Origin: Candidatus Woesearchaeota archaeon
GTDB taxonomy: Archaea > Nanobdellota > Nanobdellia > SCGC-AAA011-G17 > GW2011-AR20
Assembly (NCBI GenBank): GCA_018303005.1
Contig: JAGVYY010000001.1
Location: forward strand, 1-52,113
Reading direction: 5' to 3'
Length of the DNA stretch: 52,113 nt
The translations under genes were made by a program, and so were the position numbers. The notes beneath the pieces were generated by a model, which saw nothing but the letters and a program-made list of their open reading frames with translations, searched no databases and was not told the DNA's origin. The stretch's first letter is position 1. The number at the start of each line of letters is the position of its first letter. Positions 35,335 to 46,048 of this stretch are shown piece by piece.

Positions 35335-36185
35335 TTTATAATGTTCAAAATTTCTTTTTGGATTTTAAATTTATCCTGATCTGTAAAATATATATGGGTT
35401 GAATTTTCCAGCCTTATCAATTTTTTGTCATTGGATTTTATTAAACTGTATATAATGTCAGCGCTTGATGGATCAACTAAAGAATCTTTATCAGACTGTA
35501 TGATAAGTATCGTTTCATTTACCTTATCCAGGTCAGTATCTGTATAATGTATTAAATCCAGTATATCATAAACACTTTTTACAGGTATTATTGAATATAT
35601 TCTATATTCTTCACTTAAAGTCATGTCATCATCTGCTAAAAAAATATTTTTTATGAAGTATTTTTGTGTGAAATAAACAACCGGAGCTGCATAGATGATA
35701 TTTGTTTTAAGATTGTATGGTGCATTTATTATTATTAAACCATTAATATCATATTTTTTTGCCAAGTTCAATCCGAGATCAGCGCCCATTGAAACTCCAA
35801 CAACATAAACATCTTTGGATGTATTTCTTAGCATTAAATATGATTCTTCGCTTTTATTCTGCCAATCTCTCCATGAATATTTTTCCATATCAAATGCAGA
35901 GGTTCCATGCCCGGGAAGCAGTGGTGCATAGACATTATAATCATTTTCAGAAAAAAAATCTGCTAGTTCTTTCATACTATATGGGTTTGCTGCGAATCCA
36001 TGCAATAGCAGCACTGATTTTGTGGAATTTTTATAGATACTAATTGGCTCTGCTCCTTTTATAATTCCCTTATCACGTTCAAGCTTACTATCGATACTCT
36101 CAGCTGCCAAAAGACTTGCAATTCTTGCCAACAATATCAGTACTATCAAGACTAAGATCAGATCAATAATTTTTTTATATTTCAT
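35331..36185 (-). CDS. alpha/beta hydrolase (esterase/lipase-like)
   Basis: 284-aa ORF with an N-terminal TM helix, LLLHGFAANP and the nucleophile elbow GVSMGA. Confidence 0.7.
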   Translation of the reverse strand: MKYKKIIDLILVLIVLILLARIASLLAAESIDSKLERDKGIIKGAEPISIYKNSTKSVLLLHGFAANPYSMKELADFFSENDYNVYAPLLPGHGTSAFDMEKYSWRDWQNKSEESYLMLRNTSKDVYVVGVSMGADLGLNLAKKYDINGLIIINAPYNLKTNIIYAAPVVYFTQKYFIKNIFLADDDMTLSEEYRIYSIIPVKSVYDILDLIHYTDTDLDKVNETILIIQSDKDSLVDPSSADIIYSLIKSNDKKLIRLENSTHIYFTDQDKFKIQKEILNIIK

Positions 36186-37620
36186 TAGTTTTGTATTTTT
36201 TTATTATTTCCGACGCTGTTTTTCCATCAACCTTGTTCTTGAATTTTGACATTATAATCCCCATTAATGCACCAAAAGGAAGGCCCTTATTCTGCTCTAT
36301 CACTGAAACTATTTCTTTCTCCAGGTCTTTTGTATCAATTACAGCATATTTCTCAAGATCTAATTTTTTGTTTTTCACAAAGTCAAGTATTATATCAATT
36401 ATTGAATTTCTGCTTATTTTTCCGCTGTTTAATGATTCTATGATAGATTCAAAAGTTTTATCATCTACATATGCATTTATGTCAAATTTTGCTGAGATCT
36501 CTTTTGGAATTTCAACCAAAATATGTGCTATTAAACCATGTGTTAAATTTTTGTATTTATTAGCATAATCTTGGAATAAATCTGATTTATTTTCTTTTAT
36601 TAAGGCATTTGCCAGTTCATTACTTAAGCTATATTCAGACTCTAATCTTTCAGACTTGTCTTTTATGAGCTCAGGAATTTTAATTTTATCTATCTGTTCA
36701 TTTGTTATTAAAATAATAGGAAGATCTGTTTCAGGATATATTCTTGATGCGCCAGGCAATGGTCTGAGATAAGTGCTTGTTAGATCTGGATTTATTTTTC
36801 TTACACCAGGCTCGATTTTTTTCCCTTGTTTCATTAAAGACAACTGCCTTTCTATCTCATTTTCTATTATTTTTGGGATATGTCTTAAGTCTTGCACACC
36901 TTTCAACTCAATCCTTGCTCCATTTTTTATTGAGAGATTAATGTCCTGCCTTATTGTGCCTATTCCAGATTTAAATTTACCAGTTGATTTTAATATCATT
37001 CCAAGAAATCCTGCGACTTCTTTTGCTTGTTCTGGTGTTTTTATATCTGGGGCTGTTGCTATCTCTATCATAGAAGTTCCAAGTCTGTCCAATCGATACC
37101 TAACATTATTCTCTGTTTCATCTATCTTCCTTGCTGCATCTTCTTCAAGTATTATGGTATCTATCTTAATATCGTCTCCATTTATTATTACGCTTCCATC
37201 CATTCCGATTAAGATTGTTCTCTGAAATCCGGATGTATTAGAATAATCCAGAACCTGTTTTCTCATAACTTCTGTTACATTAAGGATGTGTGCATTTATC
37301 ATTTTTGAGATCTGCAAAACAGCATTTAATGCATCTTTGTTTATTCCTAATGGTGGAGATTCATCTATTTCTAATTCACAGGTATTACTGTAATGACCTT
37401 CATAAACTGCAAACTTGCCTTTAGATAATTCATATTCTGCAGCTATATCTTTTTCACCTAGCTCTGATATTATAGGCCTTAATATTCTTTCAATTAAGAA
37501 ATCTGGCTTGTCTTCTGTCAATGTTGACCGGCATCTGCAGAATAACTTATCAGTATCTATCTGCCGGTGTATCTCTAATCCAATTTTTAAACCCAGCTCT
37601 TTATAATCTATATTTTCCAT
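36175..37620 (-). CDS. gatE: Glu-tRNA(Gln) amidotransferase subunit E (GatB/E family; short form)
   Basis: 481-aa ORF with GLKIGLEIHRQIDTDKLFCRC and a C-terminal YqeY-like tail (GALMGIIMSKF). It lies immediately downstream of gatD. It is shorter than the roughly 620 aa I recall for GatE. Confidence 0.75.
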   Translation of the reverse strand: MENIDYKELGLKIGLEIHRQIDTDKLFCRCRSTLTEDKPDFLIERILRPIISELGEKDIAAEYELSKGKFAVYEGHYSNTCELEIDESPPLGINKDALNAVLQISKMINAHILNVTEVMRKQVLDYSNTSGFQRTILIGMDGSVIINGDDIKIDTIILEEDAARKIDETENNVRYRLDRLGTSMIEIATAPDIKTPEQAKEVAGFLGMILKSTGKFKSGIGTIRQDINLSIKNGARIELKGVQDLRHIPKIIENEIERQLSLMKQGKKIEPGVRKINPDLTSTYLRPLPGASRIYPETDLPIILITNEQIDKIKIPELIKDKSERLESEYSLSNELANALIKENKSDLFQDYANKYKNLTHGLIAHILVEIPKEISAKFDINAYVDDKTFESIIESLNSGKISRNSIIDIILDFVKNKKLDLEKYAVIDTKDLEKEIVSVIEQNKGLPFGALMGIIMSKFKNKVDGKTASEIIKKYKTNEI

Positions 37621-37672
37621 GCTAAACTATTTTTTATAATTTTGTACATCCTGTAATTTACGTTTAATATTT

Positions 37673-39004
37673 TCAATAATCAACAAATTCATGCGGTAAT
37701 ATCCTCTCATTAATCTCGCTTCTTAAGTTTTCTAAAAATAAACTCTTTGCCTGTTCCCTTGAGTAATTGCTTAACAGAAAAGCTAATTTTATGAATGCTG
37801 TTTCCGTTGTCATATCCTTTCCCGGAATAACACCAATATCCAACAATTCTCTCTGGGGGCTGTAAATATTCATATTAACCCTGCCATATAAGCATTGGCT
37901 TGTTAGTATAACAATGCAGCCTTTTTTTATCAGTTTTTTAATTTCATTCTTATTTTTTTCATTTATTCTAGAAATATTATCAAAGGCTGTTGACTGAAAA
38001 TGTCCCAAACCTGTTCCTTCAAGTATCAAACCTTTATATCCTTTGAAGCAAGAGATATTTTCAGGATATATGTTTGTATGGCTTTTTAATATTCCGACTT
38101 TTAAATTATCTTTAAAGTATTTAACATTAAATGTTTTTTTTTCATTGTAATCTGAGTTATAATCTTCTGTTAAAAACTCAATTTTATTTTCCGAATAAAT
38201 AACACGGGCTATTGCTATGGTGTTTATTGGCTTGAATGCGTCCCTTCTTGAAGTATGGATTTTTTTTGTTTTCGTTCCCGGCAATATCAAACAGGAATTG
38301 TCTGACATGTTTTCATGCATGCATATTGCAACTCCCTTAAAATCAGATTTAGCAATGAAACATGCAGCGCATATTATGTTAATAAAAGAATCTGAACTTC
38401 CTCTGTCAGAGCTTCTCTGGCTTCCTACCAAGATTACAGGCACTGGAATATTTTCCAGCATAAAAGATAATGCTGCACCCGTATAATGCATTGTATCTGT
38501 GCCATGAGGAATTATTATTCCTTTTATGTTTTTATTCTTTTTCAGTTCGCTTTCAATGGATTTTGCAATTAAATTATAATGGCCAAAACGCATTGATTCT
38601 GACATTACACTGGCAATATCTTTGTAGGAGATGTTAGCAATATCTTTTAACTCTGGAATATTTTGCAGCAATTCCTCTGCTGATATCTTTGCTGAAACTG
38701 CTCCTGTTTTATAATCAACTTTACTAACTATTGTGCCACCAACTTTTAGTATTGAAATAAAAGGAAGATCTTTTTTATAAGCCAGTAAACTGGATTTTTT
38801 ATGATTTTTTTTTTGATTTTTTTTCAGCTTATTTTTTTGTATTAACTCTATTGATTTAATGCCTTTTTTTATTATGCCTAGATTGTAACCTGAATCTTGC
38901 TTTAATATGATGATTTCTTTGTTGTAGGAATCGATATATGCGCCCTTATATGTTTTGTCTGTTGTAATTACTTTTACAATATCACCAAACTCTACTTTTT
39001 TCAT
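37673..39004 (-). CDS. gatD: Glu-tRNA(Gln) amidotransferase subunit D
   Basis: 443-aa ORF with an N-terminal GatD-specific domain and an asparaginase domain (ILKVGGTI, IIPHGTDTMHYT, LEGTGLGH). Confidence 0.9.
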   Translation of the reverse strand: MKKVEFGDIVKVITTDKTYKGAYIDSYNKEIIILKQDSGYNLGIIKKGIKSIELIQKNKLKKNQKKNHKKSSLLAYKKDLPFISILKVGGTIVSKVDYKTGAVSAKISAEELLQNIPELKDIANISYKDIASVMSESMRFGHYNLIAKSIESELKKNKNIKGIIIPHGTDTMHYTGAALSFMLENIPVPVILVGSQRSSDRGSSDSFINIICAACFIAKSDFKGVAICMHENMSDNSCLILPGTKTKKIHTSRRDAFKPINTIAIARVIYSENKIEFLTEDYNSDYNEKKTFNVKYFKDNLKVGILKSHTNIYPENISCFKGYKGLILEGTGLGHFQSTAFDNISRINEKNKNEIKKLIKKGCIVILTSQCLYGRVNMNIYSPQRELLDIGVIPGKDMTTETAFIKLAFLLSNYSREQAKSLFLENLRSEINERILPHEFVDY

Positions 39005-39185
39005 GTTTATTTAGATATTCCATTAATATAAAAACCTTTTTGAAAATACTCTTACATTGCCTTGATTTTAGAAAAAACAGTATGTATATTGAAAGAAATA
39101 TATTTTTCTCTTTGATAACCTTTAAATATAACCTCTCATATAAAAAACATAATCAAGAAAAAGATTTGAAATTGTTAGATTTTTT

Positions 39186-39223
39186 CTTGGGCAGTTAAAA
39201 TCTAACTTGGGTAGCTGAAATCT
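39186..39223. repeat. two 18-nt direct repeats (15/18 identical) in the gatD-ftsZ divergent intergenic region
   Basis: The repeats are cttgggcagttaaaatct (39186-39203) and cttgggtagctgaaatct (39206-39223). A perfect 7-bp palindrome ctaaaca-N7-tgtttag follows at 39231-39251. Confidence 0.4.
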
Positions 39224-39329
39224 TAACGAGCTAAACATTGGGCGTGTTTAGACGTAATAATACGATTTCTTAAGAGGGATATATACAATAGTAGTATATA
39301 AATATTGCTATACTAAGATATATACCTTA

Positions 39330-40442
39330 ATGAATAATAAAAATAAACCAAAAGGGGGAACAAAAATGGAGTTCATTGTGCAAAGCGCTCTGGAAGGCTC
39401 GAAAAACAATAAATTTGCAGATGTTGAGATTGGGAAAGCTAATATTAAAGTTATAGGTGTTGGCGGTGGCGGAACAAACGCTACTTCTTGGCTATATAAG
39501 AAAGGTATTAAAGGTGCCGAGATTTTCGCTGTAAACACTGACAAACAGCATTTAGACATATCTGAAGCTGATAACAAATTTTTAATCGGAGCTAATCTTA
39601 CTAAAGGATTAGGTGCTGGCGGATATCCGAATGTGGGACAAGAAGCTGCCAAAGAAAGTATGCATCAGATAAGGGAAGCTGTTAAGGGATCTGATATGGT
39701 TTTTATCTGTGCTGGTATGGGTGGAGGCACAGGAACTGGAGGAGCTCCAGTTGTTGCACAACTAGCAAAAGAAACAGGGTCTATTGTTATAGGAACTGTT
39801 ACAATGCCATTGGATATTGAAAAAGCAAGAGTCGATAAGGCTGAATTCGGCCTGCAGCAATTGAGAAATGTCTGTGATACAGTCATTGTAATCGACAATA
39901 ACAGGCTAGTGCAAATTGCAGGAAATTTGCCATTAAGACAGGCTTTTGCAGTTGCCAATGAATTGATAAGCACTATGATCAAAGGTATTGTAGAGACGAT
40001 AGCTGTTCCTTCGTTGGTTAACTTAGATTATGCAGATGTAAAGGCAATAATGAGTGATGGTGGAGTATCTGTAATTGGTATAGGGGAGAGTGATACTGAA
40101 AGAAGAGTGGAAGAAGCTGTAAAAAGAGCTTTAAGCAATCCTCTATTGGATGTGAGTTATGAAGGAGCAACAGGAGCTCTAATCCATATTTCAGGTGGAG
40201 AAGACTTAACTTTGGATGAAGTAAGCAAGGTAGGTGAGTTAATTACTGAAGCTCTTGACCCTGATGCACAAGTCATCTGGGGTGCTAGAATCAGTGATGA
40301 CATGAACAACAAGCTAAGAGTGATGACAATAATCACAGGCGTGAATTCACCTTATGTACTTGGAAAAGTCGACAGAACAAGGCAAAGTAATGAATCCAGA
40401 AGGTTAAGCAATGAATTAGGAATTGACATGCTTAAGGCATAA
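39330..40442 (+). CDS. ftsZ: cell division protein FtsZ (alternative start ATG at 39366 preceded by GGGGG)
   Basis: 370-aa ORF with IKVIGVGGGGTNA, the tubulin signature AGMGGGTGTGGAPVVA and NLDYADV. Confidence 0.95.
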   Translation: MNNKNKPKGGTKMEFIVQSALEGSKNNKFADVEIGKANIKVIGVGGGGTNATSWLYKKGIKGAEIFAVNTDKQHLDISEADNKFLIGANLTKGLGAGGYPNVGQEAAKESMHQIREAVKGSDMVFICAGMGGGTGTGGAPVVAQLAKETGSIVIGTVTMPLDIEKARVDKAEFGLQQLRNVCDTVIVIDNNRLVQIAGNLPLRQAFAVANELISTMIKGIVETIAVPSLVNLDYADVKAIMSDGGVSVIGIGESDTERRVEEAVKRALSNPLLDVSYEGATGALIHISGGEDLTLDEVSKVGELITEALDPDAQVIWGARISDDMNNKLRVMTIITGVNSPYVLGKVDRTRQSNESRRLSNELGIDMLKA

Positions 40443-40464
40443 AAGATTACCCCCTTTGATGCCG

Positions 40465-40500
40465 ACTAATGCCTCTTGGCATTAGTTCTTTTTCTTTTTT
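40465..40500 (+). terminator. hairpin plus T-tract downstream of ftsZ
   Basis: ACTAATGCC-tctt-GGCATTAGT (9-bp stem, 40465-40486) is followed by ttctttttctttttt. Confidence 0.5.
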
Positions 40501-40595
40501 ATTTTATAAATCAGATTGTTAAGAACATACAGAATATATCTAAATTTTAATAATATTGTTTTAGCTGTAACTCGTATTTTTTATTTATTTTTATA

Positions 40596-41231
40596 CTAAT
40601 GCCTGGACTTTCTTTTTTTTAGTTTATCTTTTATTAATGTAAATACATCCTGTTTCTGCTCCTCTCTTTTGTATTTAATGATTGGGAACAGATTAAGATC
40701 GTATTTCCTATTGCCAAATGTATTAAATGATATGAATGTTTCAACAGAATGTCTTTTTCTATGTCTGGGCTTTTCTTTTGTATAGCCTATTGGGATTATT
40801 ATATATGGTTTAACATTTTCAGGTAACCTTAAATTCCGCCTTACAACATTTTCATCAAACACGCTTATCCAGTTGCTTGCAAGGCCTAAATCAGTGGCTT
40901 TTAACAAGATATTTTCTGCTGCTGCTGACACATCTTGTAATGCATAATACTCTGCCCTGTCTTCATAGAACCTTATAACATTTTTTAGGTCACTACACAC
41001 CACAATCAAAATTGGTGCATCTGCCATCCATAGCTGCTTTAAAGAAGCCTCTGCTATCTCTTTCTTTTTATCTTCATCTGTAACTATTATAAACCGGAAA
41101 TCCTGTAGGTTCCCTGCAGACGGCGCTTTTGAACCTGATTCCAGTAACATATGCAATAATCTGATAGGCACTTTTTTGTCAATAAAATTCCTGCATGATG
41201 CTCTGGTATTTATTGCTATATCTAAATCCAT
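40596..41231 (-). CDS. nitroreductase-family protein
   Basis: 211-aa ORF with RASCRNF and APSAGNLQ motifs. It also has a Lys/Arg-rich C-terminal tail. Confidence 0.8.
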   Translation of the reverse strand: MDLDIAINTRASCRNFIDKKVPIRLLHMLLESGSKAPSAGNLQDFRFIIVTDEDKKKEIAEASLKQLWMADAPILIVVCSDLKNVIRFYEDRAEYYALQDVSAAAENILLKATDLGLASNWISVFDENVVRRNLRLPENVKPYIIIPIGYTKEKPRHRKRHSVETFISFNTFGNRKYDLNLFPIIKYKREEQKQDVFTLIKDKLKKRKSRH

Positions 41232-41266
41232 AGCAATTTAATAAATTAATATGCTTATAATTATTT

Positions 41267-41812
41267 CTATTGACTTAGTGAAGCCTTGATTATCTTCACT
41301 TCTTCTAATGGCCTGTTATCAGCATTTGTCTTGACTTTTGATATTTTATCAGCTATGTCTATGCCTTCTATGACTTTTCCAAAGGCAGGATGCTTTGCAT
41401 CCAAGAAATTATTATCTGCCACATTAATAAAGAACTGGCTTCCACCTGTATTGGGTCCTGCATTTGCCATTGATATTGTTCCCCTGTTATTTTTATTATG
41501 ATCTGTGAATTCATCTTTTATTGTGTAACCTGGGCCTCCAAATCCAGTGCCTTTTGGGTCACCACCTTGTATCATAAACCCATCGATGACACGATGGAAT
41601 ATGGTCTTGTCATAAAATCCTTTCTTAACCAAGGATTCAAAATTACCTGTTGTTATTGGCATATCATCATAGAGCTGAATTTTTATTATTCCAATGTTTG
41701 TCTCTAACATCACAACCTTTGTTCTGTTTCCCATTTTGTATATTGCTCCCAATGCTCCAAGGATTATTAATATAGTGATAATGAAAAAAATCATTATTTT
41801 TTTATTTTTCAT
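41267..41812 (-). CDS. cyclophilin-type peptidyl-prolyl cis-trans isomerase with N-terminal membrane anchor
   Basis: 181-aa ORF with FHRVIDGFMIQGGDP, GTISMANAGPNTGGSQFFI and an N-terminal helix IMIFFIITILIILGALGAI. Confidence 0.9.
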   Translation of the reverse strand: MKNKKIMIFFIITILIILGALGAIYKMGNRTKVVMLETNIGIIKIQLYDDMPITTGNFESLVKKGFYDKTIFHRVIDGFMIQGGDPKGTGFGGPGYTIKDEFTDHNKNNRGTISMANAGPNTGGSQFFINVADNNFLDAKHPAFGKVIEGIDIADKISKVKTNADNRPLEEVKIIKASLSQ

Positions 41813-42084
41813 TTTTTTAAAAAATCTAATGCTGAGCTGTCCTTTGGATTATTTTACTGTTTTCTTGCTTTTTCTTCAGTATAAATAAGAATTTGTGTAA
41901 TTAAAAAGATATGTTTCAGACTGAACCATGATTATAGTTAGTGGCAAAAGTAAGTTATAATTCTTGAAGGAATTTATTACATACTTCCTTATAGAATGTT
42001 TCACCCCAGTTAGATTCTATAACTTATTTATGTCCACAACTATTATACAGATAAAGTTTTAAACAAATAAACATATCTTAGATT

Positions 42085-43758
42085 ATGCTATATTCAGAAT
42101 TGGTAAAAATCTATCAGGAATTAGAGAGAACAACCAAAAGACTGAAAAAAACAGATATTATTGCAGATTTTATTAAAAATATCAATGAAAAAGAATTAAA
42201 GAATGTTATTTATCTGCTGGAGGGTAGGGTTTTTCCTGAATGGGACGAAAGAAAAATAGGATTTTCTACAAGATTAATTATAAAGGCATTATCGCAATGT
42301 TCCGGAAGATCAGCAAAAGAAATTGAAAATATATGGAGTAAAAAAGGTGATCTGGGTATTGTTGCAGAGACTGTTTTAGAGAAAAGAGCACAGTCAACAT
42401 TAACTAAAAGAAAATTGGATGCTGAAGAAGTAATAAGAAATATAAGAAAATTATCTGAATTAGAAGGAAAAGGGACAGTAGCAAGAAAACTATCTTATAT
42501 TACTGAATTATTGTTTAATTCTAATGCGGTAGAAGCAAAGTATATTGTTAAGACTATTTTAGAGGAGTTGAGAGTTGGAACTGCTTCAGGCATTATGAGG
42601 GATTCTATAGCAAAGGCATTTAATCAAGATGTCAGGAATGTTGAGAAAACTGGTGATTTGTTAGTTGATTATGGTGAAGTTGCTTTATTATCTAAAGAGA
42701 ATAAATTAAAGGATATTTCTTTAAAACCTGGAAGACCATTAAAATTAATGCTGGCTTTATTAGCAAAAGATATCCCTGAAACTTTTGAAAATCTTGGAAA
42801 ACTATTAGTATGTGAAGAAAAATTAGATGGTTTTCGTCTTGAAATTCATAAGTATAATGGTAATATCAGATTATTTACAAGAAACATGGAAGATGTTACA
42901 AAACAGTTTCCTGATATTGTTGATGCTGTTAAAAAAAATGTTGATGGTAAGAATTTTATTATAGATTGCGAAGCTGTTGGTTTTAATAATAAAACAAGAA
43001 GGTATATGCCTTTCCAGAATATTTCTCAAAGAATTAAAAGAAAATACGATATTGATAATATCATTAAAGAATTGCCAATTGAATTAAATATCTTTGATAT
43101 TATTTTCTATAATGATACAAATTTAATGGATGAAACCTTAAGAGAAAGAAGAGCTTTATTAGAAAAGATTGTTCACCAAATTCCCAGAAAGATTGTTTTA
43201 ACTAAGAGATTAGTTACAGATTCCTTGGAAAAGGCTGAAGAATTTTATAAAAAATGCCTGAATGAAGGTTTAGAAGGTATTATGATAAAGAATTTAGAAT
43301 CTATTTATAGACCGGGAAGATATGTAAACGGATGGATGAAACTGAAAAATATTCTTGAGCCTGTAGATGCTGTTATTGTTGGCGCGATTTATGGAAATGG
43401 GAAGAGAGCTAAATGGTTATCAAGTTATGTTATTGCCTGCCAGAGTGAAGGTAAATTTTTGGATATTGGAAAAGTAAGCACTGGTGTAAAGGAAAAAACT
43501 GAAGGTTTAACATACAAAAAATTAACTGAATTGTTAAAACCTTTAATTATTGAACAAAAAGGAAAAGAGGTTATTGTTAAGCCAAAGATAATTATTGAAG
43601 TGGGTTATGAGGAAATACAGAAGAGTCCTAGTTATTCCAGTGGATTTGCATTACGTTTTCCGAAATTTTTAGGTCTCAGATATGATAAACCTTTAAATGA
43701 AATAAGCGATATTAATTTAATTAAAAAAATCTATAATTCCCAGCGTGGTAAAAAATAA
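42085..43758 (+). CDS. lig: ATP-dependent DNA ligase
   Basis: 557-aa ORF with adenylation motif I EEKLDGFRLEIH, motifs III-V (FIIDCEAV, EGIMIK, WMKLK) and the C-terminal OB motif LRFPKFLGLR. Confidence 0.9.
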   Translation: MLYSELVKIYQELERTTKRLKKTDIIADFIKNINEKELKNVIYLLEGRVFPEWDERKIGFSTRLIIKALSQCSGRSAKEIENIWSKKGDLGIVAETVLEKRAQSTLTKRKLDAEEVIRNIRKLSELEGKGTVARKLSYITELLFNSNAVEAKYIVKTILEELRVGTASGIMRDSIAKAFNQDVRNVEKTGDLLVDYGEVALLSKENKLKDISLKPGRPLKLMLALLAKDIPETFENLGKLLVCEEKLDGFRLEIHKYNGNIRLFTRNMEDVTKQFPDIVDAVKKNVDGKNFIIDCEAVGFNNKTRRYMPFQNISQRIKRKYDIDNIIKELPIELNIFDIIFYNDTNLMDETLRERRALLEKIVHQIPRKIVLTKRLVTDSLEKAEEFYKKCLNEGLEGIMIKNLESIYRPGRYVNGWMKLKNILEPVDAVIVGAIYGNGKRAKWLSSYVIACQSEGKFLDIGKVSTGVKEKTEGLTYKKLTELLKPLIIEQKGKEVIVKPKIIIEVGYEEIQKSPSYSSGFALRFPKFLGLRYDKPLNEISDINLIKKIYNSQRGKK

Positions 43759-43763
43759 GACTG

Positions 43764-43808
43764 AAATCAAAATTGTATCTTAAATTTTATGATCTATAAT
43801 TTTGATTT
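43764..43808 (+). terminator. long perfect inverted repeat just after lig stop (possible terminator or operator)
   Basis: aaatcaaaatt (43764-43774) and aattttgattt (43798-43808) form an 11-bp perfect inverted repeat, followed by tt and a T-rich tract. Confidence 0.4.
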
Positions 43809-44002
43809 TTAGATTAAACAAGATTTATAAACCTTAAAAAAAGAGAAATAAAAACTTTTTTATTAATCTTTATCTGTATCACAATATTGCAACTGAAAGA
43901 TAGCAATCTTTATATACTAGATTTGTTTTATCTATCCAATAATAAAAATCTTTAAAAAGATTAAAAAAGAAAAAGGGTGATACCTAGGAGGTAGGTTTTA
44001 GA

Positions 44003-44821
44003 ATGATTGTAAAAGACGAGTTTTTAAGTAAATTAAGGCAGTTCTTTGCTTTAAACCTGTATGAAGTTAAAATTTGGACTGCATTGCTTTCTCGAGGTGT
44101 TTCTACTGCAGGCGAGTTATCTGATATCGGAAATGTCCCTAGATCAAGAGCGTATGATATTCTTGAATCTCTAGAGAAAAAAGGTTTTGTTGTTATGAAG
44201 CTTGGCAAGCCAATCAAATACATTGCTGTTGAACCAAAAGAAGTTGTTGAGAGAGCAAAGAAATTAATGTGGGAAAATGCAGGAGAATCTGTCAAAAGAC
44301 TGGATGAGCTAAAAGGAACCGATGTCTTAAAGGAACTAGACTTGCTGCATAAACAAGGCATTGAATTTATTGAACCTACTGATTTGTCCGGAGCTATAAG
44401 AGGCAGGCATAATATCTATTCACATCTTGAAACAATGCTAAAAAATGCAGAGAAGAATGTTACTATCATGACGACTAGCAAAGGTCTGTTGAGGAAAATG
44501 GACTCTTTAAAGCCTACTTTTGAGAAACTGAAGAAGAAGAATGTCAAGATAAGAATTGCTGTCCCTATAACAAAAGAGAACATTGATCTCCTGAAAGATG
44601 TTTCGAAATTTGCTGAAGTCAGGAATTCGACGAAATTAAATGCAAGATTCGCTCTGATTGACGGAAAAGAACTGATGTTTATGGTCATGCATGATGACAA
44701 TGTTCATCCAAGCTATGACATAGGCATCTGGGTAAACACACCTTATTTTGCATCAGCTTTGGAGAGCATCTTTGATTTGGCTTGGAAGGATATGCAGCCT
44801 GCTGAAAAAGCAGTCAAATAA
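44003..44821 (+). CDS. TrmB-family transcriptional regulator
   Basis: 272-aa ORF with N-terminal wHTH LNLYEVKIWTALLSRGVSTAGELSDIGNVPRSRAYDILESLEKKGFV and a TrmB C-terminal domain. GGAGGT lies upstream. Confidence 0.85.
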   Translation: MIVKDEFLSKLRQFFALNLYEVKIWTALLSRGVSTAGELSDIGNVPRSRAYDILESLEKKGFVVMKLGKPIKYIAVEPKEVVERAKKLMWENAGESVKRLDELKGTDVLKELDLLHKQGIEFIEPTDLSGAIRGRHNIYSHLETMLKNAEKNVTIMTTSKGLLRKMDSLKPTFEKLKKKNVKIRIAVPITKENIDLLKDVSKFAEVRNSTKLNARFALIDGKELMFMVMHDDNVHPSYDIGIWVNTPYFASALESIFDLAWKDMQPAEKAVK

Positions 44822-44911
44822 TCTTCCAGAATTATTTTTTTATCTTTTATCAATTTTTTATTTTTATAAAATAATACATGTCGATGCCACTGAGATAAAT
44901 ATTAATATACA

Positions 44912-46048
44912 TCATGTTATCTGAACTAATTTTTCTTTCTTTTTGTTATAGCTAAGATACAGTCCAGTTAATTTCCTGCTTCTGTAATCAATCACCTCAG
45001 AGTCAATTTGTTTTAGTTTGCGTGCCTCTGTGCCCGGTCTTGATGAAAATCTAGATATGTTTATAACCTCTGGTTTTATTTCTTTAACCATATCTAAGGT
45101 CATATTGAAATCATGGTTTGTTTCTGTAGGAAATCCAACTATGATATCTGTTGCTATTGTAATTTCCGAAATTTCTTTCCTGAATTTTTTTGTTATATAA
45201 ACAAAGTCCTCTAATGAATGCGGCCTTTTCATGTCTTTAAGCACTTTATTCGAGCCTGACTGAACAGGTATATGAATGAACTTCATTATTTTTTTATTCC
45301 TGTAAACTTTTATCAGTTCTGAAAGTATCTTCTTGACATGCCAAGGGTTGGCCATGCCAACGCGGATCTTGAAATTTCCATCTACTGTTATCAATTCTTT
45401 TAACAATTCAGTCAGATTTGTCTTAATATCAAATCCATAACATCCATTATCCTGGCTTGTAATATAGATTGTACTACAATTATCTTCGATAGCGTGCACC
45501 AATTCTCTCTTTATATCACCTATCCTATAAGATACAAGATTTCCGTGGGCAATTTTAGTGGCGCAGAATGAACAGTCAGAAAGGCATCCATTTGATATCT
45601 TTATTATCCTAACAGATTCGCCTGGCGAATGTCCTGCTGCCAAAAATATTTTCTTGTCTGAATTTCTGATTATATTTTTATGGCCTTCTCTAATATCGTC
45701 AATTAAATCTGTGACTTTATCTATAGAGCTTGGATCCAACATACCTGCAAAATCCGGCATTATCTTTTTTATTCTTTCAGGATTTACTTTGGTCAGACAT
45801 CCTGCTATTATAATTTTCTTGCCTAGTTTTGACAGATCCTTAAGCCTATGGATTGTTTTTTCTTCTGTTTTATGTTTTACAGCACATGTATTGACAAGCA
45901 GATAATCAGCCTCTTTTTCATTATCAGTAATCCTATATCCATTTTTTTCCAGCAGATTAACTATTATCTGCGAATCTGCCCTGTTTGATGCACATCCATA
46001 TGTCTCTATATATACAATTCTATTTTTCATGGATTTTCCTTTGTTCAT
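44912..46048 (-). CDS. radical-SAM methylthiotransferase (MiaB/MtaB family), apparently without a TRAM domain
   Basis: 378-aa ORF with N-terminal UPF0004 cysteines (YGCASN, NTCAV, AGCL) and a radical SAM cluster CLSDCSFC. It ends about 40-60 aa short of typical family members. Confidence 0.8.
   Translation of the reverse strand: MNKGKSMKNRIVYIETYGCASNRADSQIIVNLLEKNGYRITDNEKEADYLLVNTCAVKHKTEEKTIHRLKDLSKLGKKIIIAGCLTKVNPERIKKIMPDFAGMLDPSSIDKVTDLIDDIREGHKNIIRNSDKKIFLAAGHSPGESVRIIKISNGCLSDCSFCATKIAHGNLVSYRIGDIKRELVHAIEDNCSTIYITSQDNGCYGFDIKTNLTELLKELITVDGNFKIRVGMANPWHVKKILSELIKVYRNKKIMKFIHIPVQSGSNKVLKDMKRPHSLEDFVYITKKFRKEISEITIATDIIVGFPTETNHDFNMTLDMVKEIKPEVINISRFSSRPGTEARKLKQIDSEVIDYRSRKLTGLYLSYNKKKEKLVQIT

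Noticed and set aside
39308-39982. Minus-strand ORFs 39308..39652 and 39665..39982
   Set aside because: They are antisense to ftsZ, whose tubulin signature motifs make the plus-strand frame certain.
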